From the NCBI GenBank assembly GCA_036172245.1, contig JAYWIR010000037.1, positions 1,054,001 to 1,118,000 on the forward strand: a stretch of DNA of 64,000 nt. Reading direction: 5' to 3'. The position numbers and the translations under genes were made by a program. Under the pieces are notes generated by a model. It searched no databases. It was not told the origin of the DNA and saw only the letters and a program-made list of their open reading frames with translations. Positions 49,221 to 64,000 of the stretch are shown in pieces. Numbering within the stretch: the first letter of the stretch is position 1; the number at the start of each line of letters is the position of its first letter. Source of the DNA: Raillietiella orientalis (lineage: Eukaryota).

Positions 49221-51999
49221 AAAGAAGTGCCGATATGATGTCGACGAGAGATCACAGAAGTGAACCTGGAAATTCCTTCGCTTCCATTTGTCGGGTGGAG
49301 CAAGGTCTCTTCCTGCTGGAATTCCACGTATAAAGATCATGAGCCTTTCCCTTTCTCTCCCCTCCAGAGAGGAATGCCACCTTCTCCGAGGGGCCGTTAT
49401 CGGGTTGCTGGCGGGAACGCACGCTCCAAGAACGACCCTGCCTCTTCCGCGTCGGCGCGATCACACGCTTCGCTCCCAACCGACACCGAGACACGGACAC
49501 AGCCAGCTGCGCGAGGAGCGAACACTGGAGACAGTTCCGCACGACCCGCGACTCTCGGAAAGCATGTCGTAACCAGGCGGATGCTCTGAGATGGGAACCT
49601 GCGCCTTCCGAGGCCGGCGGGATGGTCTGCAGCGAGAACTCTTCGCTGGTAACGGTGGCCGTCGTGAGTCTCGCTGCAGAATTCACATCTTCCTTCTTTC
49701 CCCCTCACCAGCAGCAGAATCCGTGGGCCATCGTGCACCTCACCCCCGTCTTTCAATTTTAGGTGTTTTTCCCTCATCAGCGTTCCGGAATCCGGCGAAG
49801 AATGAGCTGCGAGGGGCGTTCTGGAACGGGGGTGGTCATTTTTACGTTTCCGCGCTCCAGCAGCGGAGTTTTCCCGAGGTGACCCTTTCGAATTCGAACG
49901 GTCGCCCGAAGAACTTCGAGGTGATTCGGCTTGGAAAGCTGAAGCCGAAAAGCAAGTTTTTGAAGAAGAAAAAAAGATCTTTTTCTAGAGAGGAAAGAGA
50001 ATCTGGGAATGGAGCCCTTGCCTCAACTCAGAGGATGTTCCTCGTGACATCAGCGCAGGCTGCCAGCGCCTTAGCATATACAAAACTAAGTTTGGCAAGA
50101 TGGGCTCAGATTCGGAGCTCTGGAACTCTCCACAGTCGGGTTAGAAAGACTCGAAGAACGATGCCAGCGCTGGGAGGGAGCACGGAACGAGCTCGCGGGG
50201 ATTCAGGCTGCTCCCATTCTTTGAACAGTACAGAAAATACAGGGTGAGCCACTTAAAACGGTCCTGCCAAGCGCCTCTTTGCGTATCACCGTTAATCCCG
50301 ACTTGGATTCAGACCACATGAGCTCCATTATATGCATTCCAGTACCAAGAAATTATTGATCTCTCCAATCCGCAGGAAATCAACCATCAGACTGTCTCTG
50401 CAAGAAGAACTTTTTCTGAAGGGATTTCCAAACACGGAGGATCCAGTGGCTGCTACGCGTGTCCATTCCGTTTGTAACGAGGAGGCGTTCTCTCCATTTG
50501 CATCCGCCTTTTGTCGAGAGAACCCTTCTGACCGTCATCCGAACTTCCAAATACCAGAAGACGGGCAGGGTGTAAGCTCACGAACCACCCTGCTGCTGCT
50601 GATCCACTGCATTTCGTGCCCGCAGGACCGTCCGTTCCAGTTCGGTTTCTTGGGCGAAGAATGCAGAGCGGAAGTGCAGATTAATTAACAAGGAGACCAT
50701 GCTCACCTGAAGCTGTGCACCACGTAGATACGTCGAGCACTCGGGAGAAAACGGCGTCATAATCGTACCACGTGAGTCTAAGGGCAAAAGGCATGCGAGG
50801 AGCGAGCCGAAGGAGGAAGAAACGTCATCCGAGGCACCCCCCGCCTTCTAGGTGACTGCTCTGGAGACAGTTGGAACCATCGGGTGAGCTGCTCGCTCCT
50901 GGTGAACGGAATCCTGCTTTCGAAACCTGCACTTCTCTTACGGCAAGCTGAGGCCTGCATCCCCTCTTTGTTTCCAGCTAGGTGCGCGTTGCGGGTCGAT
51001 GCTGTCACCATCTTCAAGAATTCCCCCTCAAGAAGAAAATTCAGGCTCAGATTTTCAGGGAGCGCCATGGTTCTGCCTGATCTCTTAACCGATCCGCATT
51101 GCGAGGACAAACGCACCGCACGAGGAACAGGGCACAAATCGAACAGGAGGATGATGGAAACGATTATGGAGAAGAATCATCTTCATTATGCATTTTCTAC
51201 GGAGGGCCTAATGATCGGAGCTTAGGAGAAGAAAAAAGAAAAGAAAAGGAAAGGAGAAAGAAAGAGGCAACAGAAAGGAAAGAAAAGCAAGAAGATTCCA
51301 GTACCTTTCTTCCCTTCTCATTAGCTACTGACCGACGATATCCCATAAGTGACTCTGCGGGAGCGTAAAAGTTGGAAGACAGGGAAATCACGGAATCAAT
51401 GAGTACTCAGGAATTTCAGTGCTTTGAAGATAAAAACCACCTCTTTGGGAACAAGAACATGTATACGTACATGCGCGTATCTGTACATGCACGCTTATCT
51501 CGCGGAGTTACGAAACATCGCATTGCCTGAAAACGTACCCAAATAGAATCCATTCTTCAGTATTTTCAACGGCTGTCTTCAGCTAGAAAGCGGGATCATT
51601 TCGTGGGCGCGCACTCTGGAATCGCCACTTACAGCCAGGCTGATCCCAAATCATCTCTTGCCAATACTCCGAGCTACTATGGTCTCAATTTGTGGAAATG
51701 CCCTCCGTAAACAAAAGCGGCACCTCCTCGTCGCGCAGGCTTTCGGAGATTCTTGTATTGGGTGCCCCAGACACGCAAGCAGCCGAAGTAAGGTCCGAAG
51801 ACCTGATTCTGGCAACGTCAGTTCAGCTTCCCTGGCACGAAACCGTTTGGTTTCTCGTCTGGAGATGAACAGTAAAATGCTGCGGGCTCCGCGGGCTCTT
51901 ACATTTACTTCCGCTGCGTATGCACCCGGTGCCGATGCACCGAGTTCTACGAGTTAGCGGCCCCAAAGTGGAAGCTCAGCACGAAGATTCACCACTCGT

Positions 52000-52520
52000 C
52001 TCGTGCATCCTTCCTTGGTGACGCACTGGGCGCCCCTTCGAAACGAGAGCGCCAGCTCAACACTGCGGCGCCCAGGTAGGTTTCCTCATGAGAGTGATGC
52101 CCCTACTGCGGGACAGTGGAAACACTTCCGCACGTGCTGCTGCTTATCGCTGATGCACTCCCAGCCCGTGATGCTGCCCCAGAAGACCTGTTTGAACGGA
52201 TGTTCACCCCGCCAGCCTTGCCGGTTGCCTCGAGGCTGGCGATTCTCTGCCACGTGCGATCAGGAATGACTGCCAGAGTGGAGGAAGAGTGTGGCTGTCG
52301 CTTCGGAGAGAGGTTCGGAATTTCCATCGTCTCCATGCAAAGGGAGTTGGAATGGTCCAGTCTGGGGAGTGGGACACAGAGGAACCTCCGAATGACTGTA
52401 AACAGACTGACCCGGTACCAGTGAGTGCACCCTTCCACCCCTTTCTTCTCCAACTCAGGCCCTCGGGAATCAAGTTCCATGCCATCCAATCTCCTATTTA
52501 TTACTTATTTATTGTGCCTC
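52000..52520 (+). mobile_element. Older non-LTR ORF2 C-terminal fragment of the same group
   Basis: CPYCGTVETLPHVLL...EDLFERMFTPPALP aligns with CKRCGEVETLPHLLL...RDLMRRFFTPGGLS of the 26 kb copy. Boundaries and TSD not identified. Confidence 0.7.
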
Positions 52521-53949
52521 CATCCTCTTCCTAGTTCTGAACCCAGCGAGGGTGGCCCCTTTGGTTTCGCGAAAGCTCATGACGACTTCTTTCCGACTTG
52601 ATAGATTTTATTTATTTATTTATTTCAAACGAATGGAGCGGCAGTGAGGGATGAGAAGGTTCGTGCATCCCATTGAGCGTGACGCGGAGCAACTGCGCTG
52701 AACACGCCGAAGGGTGCGAAACCGAATATCTTCGATCAGGCTACGAATGGGGGGGGGAGGAAGGGGAGAGAGAAGAAAGAAACTTCCGTGTTACTTGCAG
52801 CTGGTAGCAGTTTTCTCATCCCGGTTTCACCTTGTTGCGGATTTTTCCGGACTTGAAGCCACGCAGCCAGCTCGAACCAAACCCTTTGGCCCTGCAAGAG
52901 ACGGAAAGCGTAAGGGACAAAGTTTCATTCGTGGAACCGCCATGCCAGCTTCTCTGATGTCTTTCGGGGTGAACCATCATCTCTGATTGCTTTTTTCACT
53001 GAACACGTAGAGGATTTCCTTTCCTCCAGTGTGTACCGAAACATCAAAGGAAAAGCGATCCTTTTCGTCGCATAGCTGTTTTTGGATGCTAAAGAGCATG
53101 AAATGCCAACCAAAGAAAAAAGATGAACGTGAATACAGCAACTGGAATTGCATCCGTCAGAGTTGTCCGTGATGTAGCTGAAACATTTAAAGAGCTGTTC
53201 GTGATGAATTACGCTGGAAACACAAACTCGTGGTGACCCTCCATTGTCTGAAATTTGCAGCTACATGTGGTGGTCGTTAGAATCATAGCATCCATCTCCC
53301 CCCCCCCCCACCATCACCACCAGCATCCCCCCAACACGTGCATAAGAGTGTTGCCACTCCTTTTCGCGTCGAGCGCCGATACCCAAAAGCGCGAGGTTCG
53401 GGAGTTCACGAAACGGACACGGAGGCGCGGGAAACTGCAGAAGAGCTGCGTTCAGGGCATCACTCTATGATTTTTTTTTTTTTTCTTCTTCTTCTTCTTC
53501 TTCTAACAACACTGGTTCCCGTTTTATGCGCTTCGTCTCGAGAACTGCCTCTTTCTGAAGCATCTTTGAGAGGGAAAGAAACGGATTTTCGAGATGCAGG
53601 AAAGCAAGGAACCTCATTTGTGTGCTTTCGCAGGGCGGAGGAACCTCACGAATTCCGTTCTCGGGATCCTTCCAAGTTCCGTGAACTCATCCACAACCGG
53701 CATCCCAGGTGCTCCTCGATTACAGGGAGGTGCTGCAGACATTTTCAGAGAGCAGAACGGTCAGCCATTTCGAAGAACTGTTCCGCAGCACGAGTGCACA
53801 TTTCACTTCGGCGAGCGCCGGACGTTACTTCGGAAGAACACGCATCATCTGCTTGATGAAACCCTATGTGACAAAATTCTGCTCGTAATTTAAGCGATGG
53901 ACCCGAAAGTTTTCGAGCGAACGAAATTGTGCCCCTCGGTCGTCCGCGC

Positions 53950-54120
53950 GTCAGCCGTTGGATTGCTGTGAAAGTTTCATGGGAACAGCTCCTGTGCAGC
54001 CACGATTGCCGCCTCTGCAAAGAAAAGGAGGAAACTGTCTGAGTATGCAGCTGCTGCATCTGTGGATCTGCGTGATGATGATTCTCTGGATGACTCTGGA
54101 TGCCCCCTGCTTTCGTGTTT
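53950..54120 (+). mobile_element. Possible highly decayed non-LTR zinc-binding fragment
   Basis: HDCRLCKEKEETV* at about 54001-54042 resembles CxLCxxxEETVxH. There is no other support. Confidence 0.25.
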
Positions 54121-57100
54121 TCATCAGGTCTTGAGGGTCGAAGTTTCAGACAATGCTCCGTCCTTCGGCTGGGACTACCTCCAACGCCGATCAGACTCAT
54201 CTTTCCAATGAGATCTCAAAAACTGTCGGAAGGATGTGATGGAAGCTGGAAGGAGGTTACAGGAACGCTTCGAGATTTGTGATCCCAACTTGGAGCTCAT
54301 CTCGCCTGCTGACAGAACGAATTCCTGATTCTTGGAGGCAACACCGAAGCTGACACACAGGTGCAAGCGTCTCTAGGAAGGATGCTTCGAAGAGATGAAT
54401 TTTACACTGTAAGAGTTATCAATTTTTTTTTTTTTTTTTAGAAGTTGCAAGAAATTCATAGCTATACCTGGATCACGGTCCTTGATCAACTCAAGCAGCA
54501 AGACTTGCTCCTGAAAGTGTCGGATGAGAGATCTCATCCGACACTGGCGGGAACTTCACTGACCTTTAAGAGTCAGGGAACAGTTTCCTTAGAGCTTTTT
54601 CCTACCAAGAGACATCCATCGTATGCTCGAAAAAGATGGATTGAATTTGAACGCAAAGAATCAGCTGATGGATCAGTTGTGTCTCGCATGTGTTCAGAGA
54701 TGAAACCCATTGTGCCATCTCCTTTGCCTTTCCCCAGGAGAGCGTGGTTTCGGCCCATTTTTTGCTGTCAAGAAAATATGAAATGAAATTTACATGAAGC
54801 TTTGACAACATCTGGGGTGATGCTTTATTTATTCAAGTCTTTTCATTACGTGAAAAAAACCAGCATGACTGGATCTTTTTGTCAACCTGATTCGTTCCTT
54901 TATCTCTCCAAGAACTTCGAGACTTGCTACTTGTTTTCTGGGGCTAATGGGTTTTGATCAGCGATGCAGTTGTGTATCAGGCATGTTTTTTTTTTTTTTT
55001 TTTTTTTTTGCAAGCACGGAATATGTTTTCCGGTGAGGGTTGTGTCAACTAATAATTGGTAGGTGGAAAACCATTCGGATGCCATGATTCCAAATGAGAC
55101 TGATGCAAGGTGGTTGCCAACGTTTCAGGCATTGCATTTTCTTTTCATTCCAATCTCCGGCACTGAGCCATATCAAAGCGTAAGACAATAGGACAGTTTA
55201 CAGTGGGATGGACCGTCTCCTTTAGAACCTGTAGAGCACCGCCGATGACCCTCGACGGTTGCTTTTTCAGTTCAGTGAGTGCTTAAATTCAGTTTGAACC
55301 TTAGTTTTTCTCTGAAAATCTTTGCGAATCTTTCGAGCTAGAGGCTGCGGTGGAGCAAGAGTCTTACGTTACAGGAAAACATAGGTAAACAGGAGCGTTT
55401 CGCCAAAATGGATTTGGCTACTGTTAAGCGGATACACAAATCGATAAGTGTACTAGTAACCAAATGATTCTGTCATTTTGAAATGCGTTCCTTCTGTACA
55501 ATCCTCTCTAAATCCATCTCTCCCATGTCCAATCTGATGTGCCATTCCTATGTGATGGAAGAGATGCTGGATATACTGCACTTTTTTTTACTTGATCTCT
55601 GTATGCCTTATTCGATTTTCCACTTTCAGAGAAAATCGGCTCCATATGAAAAATAAATCGCAACTGCTCATAGTAAAATGGATTTTCCGATTCCGAAATC
55701 CTCAAGCACCGTCATCCACACAAATCTGTAAGTCCTCTTTGGCCAAAGCGAGACTTTGGCTACAATTCTGCAATCGACGAAAGTTTCAGAGCATTTTCTT
55801 TCGAGTTTGAAGATAATTTGACCTTCTGATGCTGTGCCTGTTTCTGAATTCGGTTCCAAATAACGAATAACTCCACTAGTGGTTTTCAACTTTTGAATTG
55901 CTCCCTTTAGTAATGACAAACCCTATGGTGAAATATCGTTTGTATGAGGAAACGTAATATCGGCTTCCAGAAGAACCACAAGGAGCTCAAGAACACTGCT
56001 GCTTAGAAATCCTTCGGGAATTTTTAGTTGGTGCGATTCTTGTCTTCATGCTGATTGAACAGTGAGCCTTTGCAGAAGATCAAAGAAGGCTATCTATATC
56101 GTCTAAGAAATTTTGCATTTGTTCATGTAGAAACAAGTAAACCATCAATTTCTTTCAAGAAAATTTTTGTCCTTGAGGACTTTTTCAAATTAGCCTGCTA
56201 GCAACGTATGCCAAAATAGGCAACGCGTGCTTCTCAGGTAAGAAGAGGCTCTGCAAAAATCCCAGGTGCCATATGTGAACTGAGGTTCTGCATGAATCTC
56301 ATTAAACTGATCCCCAGAAGATTTTTACCCGTGCTGGAGCTCAGCTTTTGCTATTCAACTCTGGGATGCCCTGAAAGTATTTCGCTTATCCACTCGTATT
56401 TCTGCGAAGTCCCGAAGCTGCTGAGTTTGCAATGTAAAATCCACATTGCATGGAACGCCTAGACTTAACCATACGATCTTACGATCTTCTACTTTGAGAT
56501 GAGACAGGAGTTCCTAGCCTCATGGCATTCATCGTCAGGAACTCGGAAAATGGCCATGCTCTCTGAACGGTGGTGAGGTGGTGGGTAACTGAAGATTTGT
56601 TAATGATCTTGGTGGAGCAGATGGCGCGGTTACATTTCTTGTAGGTTCTTGAACTGAAGTTCAGCAACTGTTTCCTGCTCCATCTTCCGAGAACCCTTAC
56701 TTCGGAATTGTTTCCGAGTCCAGTATTTTATTAAGAACCCTCATCTAGGTGCTTAGGTTGATGAATGCTTCAGGAAGGAAAGCAAAATCACGTAGCCAGT
56801 TTTGAGTCGTCATCCCCATCCCCAGCTTGAAAACTGTATAATACTCTGGTGATGGGTTGACTCCTTATGTACTTGGCGAAATCGCCTCCGGCCGGAACGA
56901 CGTGGCATCCCATTTCCATTCTTCGCAACTGGGTTTCTTAAAAAAAGCTAAGTGTACAATTTGCTTTTCGACGATTAACGGACAAGAAATTCCATCCATG
57001 CATGTATAGTGAACTTCGGATTGCAAGTTGTTGATTTGATAATGAACCCGAGGATATGCTTCGATATCATATTACTGACACAGGAATACAATGATGTGCA

Positions 57101-60100
57101 GTTAGATCTCCTGTCAGTAGCATCCTGCCAAGTTTCCAGGCGAACCAATCTATGGAGCGGCATTTCCACAGTAAGGAAAGAGACAAGTTTGTAGCTCTCG
57201 AGGTCTGCGTAGCCTTTTCGAAAGACCATGGCTTTCGTTTCGTTCGAGGGAGTCTGGCGATTCGGCACTTGTGTGTCTTCAGCGCACCCGCGGCGCAGCC
57301 TCCGTGGGAGCTGAAGTCAGAATATCTTCCGGAAACGAAGAGTGGGTGGTTTCCGATCCTAAGAAGCTTACCAGAATGCCTTGAGAAAATTCATGCAATA
57401 TGTCCGAGTTATGATGAGAAGCCTCTAAGAGTTGCAAAAGGAGCATTTGCAGAACGGTCACAAAGACAAACAATCAATAATAAAAAGGCAACCTTTCAGT
57501 GGATGCTGAATTTAAAGTGGAGAACTGTGGATGGATGAAACACTTCTTCCAGTACAATTTATTTAGAATTATTCAGATTATTTAGAAGCTATCGCACATC
57601 CAGATTTGTTTGCCTGAAAACGAAAAAAAAATAAAAAATTCACCAGGGCCAATCGGATTGTGCGACTTGAAAGCTAAACAACGCATTCGGTTTGTGACTC
57701 TTCACAACCGCCTCCTGAAAACACTTTGCCTACAGCTTTTTTCAACGGGATTGGAGAAATCAAAGGCAATGCACACTCACTTCCTCTCCATCCTCCCCGA
57801 GATACGGTCGGCACTTGCCGCCATTTTTGAATGCTTCTTTCCACGAACAGATTCGCTCTTTTGTCGTTTGCAATCGTTTTTCATCCACGCTCCCCAATTC
57901 CTTAATGCACCATGAATTTCCTGTTTCTCTGGACCTCGGCTGGAGAAAATTCATGAAACGTGTAATGAAGTTTGATGTTTTGCTGGTCTTCTAAGAACCT
58001 CATGATTACGGCGGCTCGATTCGTTGCCAAGTGGCTAGAATAGGACAGTCGTTATGCTAGCCATTTGTCGTCACAAGAACAGAACCTACGACCAAGTGAT
58101 TCCGAAATGGTTTCCTTCTTACTAGAGTTCCTTTTCAAAAGTCCTTGCCCCCTTCGGCTGAACTTCTTCTCCAGCACCATTCGGACATACGCATCGATCA
58201 TCTCTCTTCTGAGATACCTTCAATGAACGTGCAGCTGTGTGGCAAACGTGATTTACTTGTTCCTCGATTCTTGTTCACTGCTTCGGGGGCTCCTGGATAA
58301 GGATGCATTTTGTCATATCCGCTTCCTTTTACAGGCACTTTCCGTTCTGTTCTGTTAGATTCGTCTGCTAGATGGGTGAGAGTGATGACTTCCACCTTCC
58401 CTTTCTGATGGCAATTTTGCCATCGGAAGAGGTATTGGACGTCCAAACCGGGTGGCCGATGTCAGAAGAGTTCCGTTTACCAGCCCGTTCCAGGATGCCT
58501 GTTCGTTCCAAAGGTACGGAAACTTACCGTACGAAAGAAAGGGTGGGAACTGGCAGCCAAGCTCCCAAGCAGAGCAACGTGTCGCAACGCTGGGAAGAGA
58601 AATCGGAAAACGACGCGTTTCTTAACGAACGGGATCCGAGCACCTCCACATTTTTTCCGATTTCTTGGGGAAAGGCGCCCACCACCTTTCCTCAATTTTC
58701 CAGTTCCGATGGTTATCTAAAAAGCTAATGAAAAACGCGCCCCAGTAGCGTGAAAGCTTCCATGGAAGGAATCAGAAACAGCTTCCCTCTTTTACGTTCA
58801 GCCCAACCTCCGAAGCATATCTTCGAGTTCAAAGATAAACATCTGGGAGTTCCGGCTATGCTGTTAGAATCGGCTCACAAATCCAGAATGACTGCAAATC
58901 CCGTGTGAGCTACTGATACGTAAATCAGTAACTCATACGAAGTAACAGCAGTGGTGATACTTAGAAGCACAAAGGAAACACTGCAGAGTTCTCTCTGAAT
59001 TAATGCCGACAAATTTGATGTAATCTGAGCACAGATCATAATTTGACAGATCGCTAGAATAAATCACGAGATCCAAGGAAGAAGACAAAGAAAGTTTGAT
59101 CTTGCCAAACATCCCAAGCAACGTTTCCCTTCCATTGAAGAAAAGGATGCGTATTCATCTGTTTCAGGAGAAAACATCCTAAAGAACTAACTGAAAGGGG
59201 AATATGGCGACTGACCCTCAATAATCATAGAGTCACGGGGATGTTCGTGGGCAGCTCAGCGTGTCGCGCACGAAATTATGCAGATAAAGTCATCATCCAT
59301 CGTTCCTTTCAAAGCTGAATCGTACCGCTGGTGTAATCGCATAGCTGCTACTAAAGAAGTACCCACTTTGATCGAGGGATCATCAAAGATACGGAAACTG
59401 CTTTTGATGAATTTCGAGTTAGTCATTAGCATGTCGGGTCTCTTTCTTGAGACGAATATACCCTTCGGAGTCTGCTCATTCCGAATTCGCGTGGTGATTT
59501 TTAGGCATCCTAGGAATGCCTGAGAATCAAGAGCGCTGGAGATTAGACCAAAAAACGAAAAAAAAAATTGGCCTCGCATAAACTCCCGCATTGGTATGTG
59601 AGGGAGATTGGTTCTTGATCCTTCGAGAAGAAGGAGTCTTTTCGTGGTCACCAAAGGACACTCTCGTGCATATCAAGCGGAGGGATCTTCTAAAGAGGGA
59701 GGTTCTCAGAAGATCAAGTGCGAGTACAATGCTCGCTTTGACCCGAAAGGTACTCACCATTCCTTCCTGCCTGCCTAGCCTACTTTGCAAGCCAAAATCC
59801 CAGATTCTTCAGAAATGCAACGTGGTACAATCACTGTTCCAAGGGAGCTGACGTGTGGAGGGAAATGCTGTGGTTGACTTGGCAACTCGCTGCTAATGGA
59901 ACAGCAGTTTTTGACGAGTCGTCTGATAAAGAGGTTAGAAGCTGGCTGTAGAAGACGAAGCTAGCTGCTTTCAGTCTCGTAATTAAGATGCTTGCTGGAG
60001 GGAGAGCTGACATATTCAAATAATGTGCTTCGAAGTTGAAATCGATAACATGACATAATAATAAGTGGTTGCAGCCTGAAAGCAGCAGGAGGTCCGTGCT

Positions 60101-63100
60101 GATGTTTCCCGAGGATCGGAAAAAAAAAGGGAACTTCCCATGGGTGCTGGATGAGAAGAGAAGCGTGCTGTTTTATTCCTTGTTCTTGTAAAAATGGAAC
60201 ACTAAGTGAATGAACCGAGTCACTTTGTCTTAATAGGAGCTTGATGCAGACGTGTGCATTGAGTAGCGACTGCTTTTTCGTATATTTTTTGGAGAGCTCT
60301 TTCGAATGAAAGCGTAGGCCCGAAAAGTAATTTTTTCTGCTACTGCTGAGGTCTAGAAGGCATCCCTTTAAAGTGCTGCAACAGCACAAGTAAGCAAGAA
60401 TAGGAGTTCCACCCTCCAGCTTCTAAAAGCAGTATTTGGAGTGCTCGCTTAGGGCTCATAGCGTGAGATGCTAGATGCATCCTTCTTCTTACTGAGTGTT
60501 TGTACACTCGCTTGAAGTTCTTCCATTTCCAAAATCAGGTTTTGCTTTTTGTTAGACGCAGTCTCGATTCTGTGAAGATCAGCGCTCGAGGGAGGAAACG
60601 AACATGTCAGAATGGAGAGGTCGGACCAAAAGCTGATTGCATCCCGGAAAAGCGAGATTTGCCATTTGGAGCCAAAGACAGAATTGCTGCTTTCGTGATT
60701 TCAGGTTTCTGCCTGAGAAGTGGCGCAACAGCTTCTTCGGTTGCCAGGCACCTACTGCCAACTTGGGCTTGCAGCTGTCGAGCAAGCGTCGCCGTATTGC
60801 GTGAGAAGAAAGTCAGAAAAAGACCAAGAGCATCGGAAGAGCACCCTGCTGCGGAAGGGTTCATGAACTGAGAAACTGAACTAGGAAGAACTCGTGCAAC
60901 GAATATGTGAAAAATTCAGTATTTAGTCTCTTATGGACACAGGTGGCAGCTGTATGATTAGACAGCCTCCGTAGCCAGTTTCTTCGAGCACACTATACTG
61001 CTTGCAAGTTTCGAAGAGATCCTTTATTCTGGTTGTACCTGTAAAAGCCTATATGCTTTCATTTAATCTTCTGAAACGTTTAGATCATTAATAAATGTGA
61101 TACTGTATTTAATTTGTATATTTTTTCGTAGTGCGGTGGATACGTTGGCAAACGTTGGCAAAGGCCTTCTCTTAGCAATTCTTCTCTTAGCTCTGCGCAC
61201 GGGCAAGGATACTGCAGAGTCGTGATTACTGATAGTTGAAAACTCTTAGGAATTCCTCATCCTTGAGCATTGCCGGAGGCGTCTCGGCCTCTTCCCTCTT
61301 CCGATCAGACCAAAGATTCTCTCTCGTGGAAACAGTGTGCATCAGGTACGTTATTCCCTGCTTGCAAGCACATCCACCAGAAACGCTTTTCCGGGTCTTC
61401 TCTCAAATTACGGCAAAAGCGGACTTTGCAAAGACACAAATTCCGTCTGCGAAACACCTCACCGTGGAACATTATAGGAAGAAGACCGGAGGAGGTGAAG
61501 GAAACAGGAACTGGAAAAGAGAGTGCCTACTGATGCTTGACCAAAGTGTAGCAATCCAAAGTGTAGTGGTAGACTTCAGAGCAATGTTGCGCGTGGATCC
61601 AAACTGCCAAACGAAGCGGGAACTGCAGTATCTTTGACTTGAAAACCACTCCTGTGGTTCTCTCTTTCTTACTTCCAAGGGAAAGATAAGAAATACTGTA
61701 TCCTGATAGGGTGAATTGTTCAGGATAAAAGTTTCCCCAATGTTCAGTGGGATTCATTTCTAGGGTCAGTAAGAAATGACAGGACGAACGAGCGAAGGCA
61801 AACCTTTCGAAAAAAAATAAAGAAGTTTCTTATGGGAACGCGCACGATTCGATGATTTTTTCGAGACATGGGTAGCGGAAGATATAAAAGCAGAACGGTA
61901 GCTTCTGGTAAGCCAAGTGCATGAACTTTCCTACAGAACGAAATGCACGGAGTCAGAGTAATGGCATCAATTAGAGAAGGATGGAAAATGATTGGACCTC
62001 GATGCTAATTCCAAAGAACAATCTGATTAGTTTGCCACTAAGCAGCCTAATGATTTCAAACAATCATGCTTAGTGTTCTTCAAAACATAGCTGCTGAAAA
62101 CACTGCATCTTTGAAGTAGTCCAAGAGCATTTTTTGCAAAGTGATTGCCTTGGTTTCCGAATTTTTAGGATTCAACTGGGATTCTAGGATTCGAATTCTT
62201 AGCTGCCAAAGGAAAAAAACAACCAATTAAGGTGTTTAAAGACGATCACTGGTCTCCAGTCACCTATGTGCATCGGATAAACCGCCAGGAAATTCGTTTC
62301 TGGAATCTTTCGATGCACGCCTATTTTCCTGATGAATTCGATCTTTACGCATTGTGTCCACGTGGTTTTATCCTGAAATGCCATCTAAATTTTGAAGATC
62401 TTCGACCTGTTTCGCGTTTTACCGCTTTCATATTATTCTCCAGTTTCACTCTTCCCTTGTTGACAACACGATGTGCACATAAATTCGGCGAGTTGCTAGA
62501 CAACCCCTTTCCAGCCGGCTATGTAAGCGTTTCCCAAGGAAATCTGGATACAGAGGTTACGTCATTTCCCGAGATCACTAGCCGCACGAAAAGCACTCTG
62601 TAAGTTTCCCTGGAAAAGGGAGAGAAATCTTCGAAGTAAGGATGCCTTCATTAAAGTTTCCGATGGCCCCAATGGGTTTCAGAATGTCGCTCTGCAATGA
62701 TTACAATTATTAGATGCCGATTATTAAAACCGCCGACTGTGCATGAGCTGACTTTTCGATCTGTAATTTCGGTGGGTTTCCTCCATTCTTCCCTCTTCGC
62801 AGTGCTTTGATCTCCCGGAATCACCCGTGATAAAATGAGTGTTCATCCAGGAAACCAGATTTCAGGTTTCCTTTGCCTTTGCTCTTTCTCGGAATGCATA
62901 CTCGAACAAGCAAATAGGCAGATTTGCACTCTGCTCTTTTATGTCAAAGATTCTGGGCAGGCGAATTCTGGGCAGACTCTTGGAACAGATTTGTCCTTGA
63001 TGGCACGTGGATCGGCTGAAATGCAGCATCAAAGGTTGCACAAGGAGGGCAAGTGCTAACCCTACTGTTACGTCATTTAATGTACACACGGTGAGTACAG

Positions 63101-64000
63101 TACCGGGAAAACAAAGACGCTAGAATAATGCACTGCATGGTGGAACAACACGCGGAAGGAACAACAAAACAAAGCAGAACAAAAAAGCCATAGAGCTCAT
63201 AACTGAATTGTCCTTTTTGCCGACCGCGCAAATATTTTAGGCACTTTCTTGAGCATGAAAATTTCGAGAGGAAAAATTTCCATCGCATCCGTGCGAAAAT
63301 AGACATGGCGACAAAGGTGAAATGGACCACGCGTAGGAGGAATTCTGCATTTAGGTCACTAGCAAGACGGTGCAGTGAACATAATAGATACGTGAATCAT
63401 ATTATTATTATCCATGTAATGTACGTCATGGTTTCGGCGATCCTAAAGTCGAAACTGTTGCAATCTCATCCGAGCCACGCCAAACAACGCGGTATGGCAA
63501 AACACATGATGAAAGGGAACGTAACGTGTTGTAGACGGCTTGATGCTCTACTCTGAATCCTCTGAACCCTTCCCCTCCCCCCCCCCCCAGATTTCACACG
63601 ACTTCTGTCTGCACATTCGTCTGTGGTAGACTTCCAAATTCATTCCAAAACTCTTAGCAAAGCAGATCAGAACTCATTTCCCGTAAGGGAAACATTTTGT
63701 ACATTTGTACGATATGGTTCCAACAAGACTGCATGAATTTCTTCGAGGTTTGCAAGCGGTTTTGTATTTATCGGCAGTCATCTGCGAGTGTCTCTCGTTA
63801 CTGATCACCGATCGCTTCACCTGAAGTGCATCAAATGAGACATCCGTTCCTTTCAAGGAAACTTGGAAAATGCTCAGATGGCGAACGTCAAGTAGTGCGT
63901 CGGAAGGAACCAGAATGTGATGATCTGGGTACGGGCGCGCGGGGGACCAGCTAAACTCTGCCAAAGAGTGGTCCCGTTACGAGAAATGAGGAAGCTGTTC

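Noticed and set aside
54400..64000. Scattered 60-140 aa ORFs
   Set aside because: No motifs, mostly non-ATG starts, and consistent with random non-coding DNA.
1..64000. Prokaryotic systems (CRISPR, operons, defence islands)
   Set aside because: No repeat-spacer array and very low coding density. LINE/SINE content and spliceosomal signals indicate eukaryotic DNA.

Overview
Eukaryotic, probably invertebrate, repeat-rich DNA. I recognise no intact host protein-coding gene, rRNA, true tRNA or CRISPR, and most ORFs in the track look spurious. What can be supported is a set of decayed retroelements. (1) A probable DIRS-type (tyrosine-recombinase) retrotransposon relic on the minus strand at about 0.3-6.3 kb. 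(2) Five 5'-truncated L1/Tx1-like non-LTR insertions, each with a readable target-site duplication (TSD) and each ending in AATAAA plus a GC hairpin; one retains a disrupted RT domain. (3) Three diverged copies of a tRNA-derived SINE-like repeat. (4) Two of the LINE tails form a near-identical ~830 bp inverted pair about 6 kb apart, each sitting just downstream of a co-oriented SINE copy, with a strong splice acceptor between them. (5) A CpG-depleted AT-rich island at about 16.7-20.5 kb. All alignments and counts were done by eye and no database search was run.
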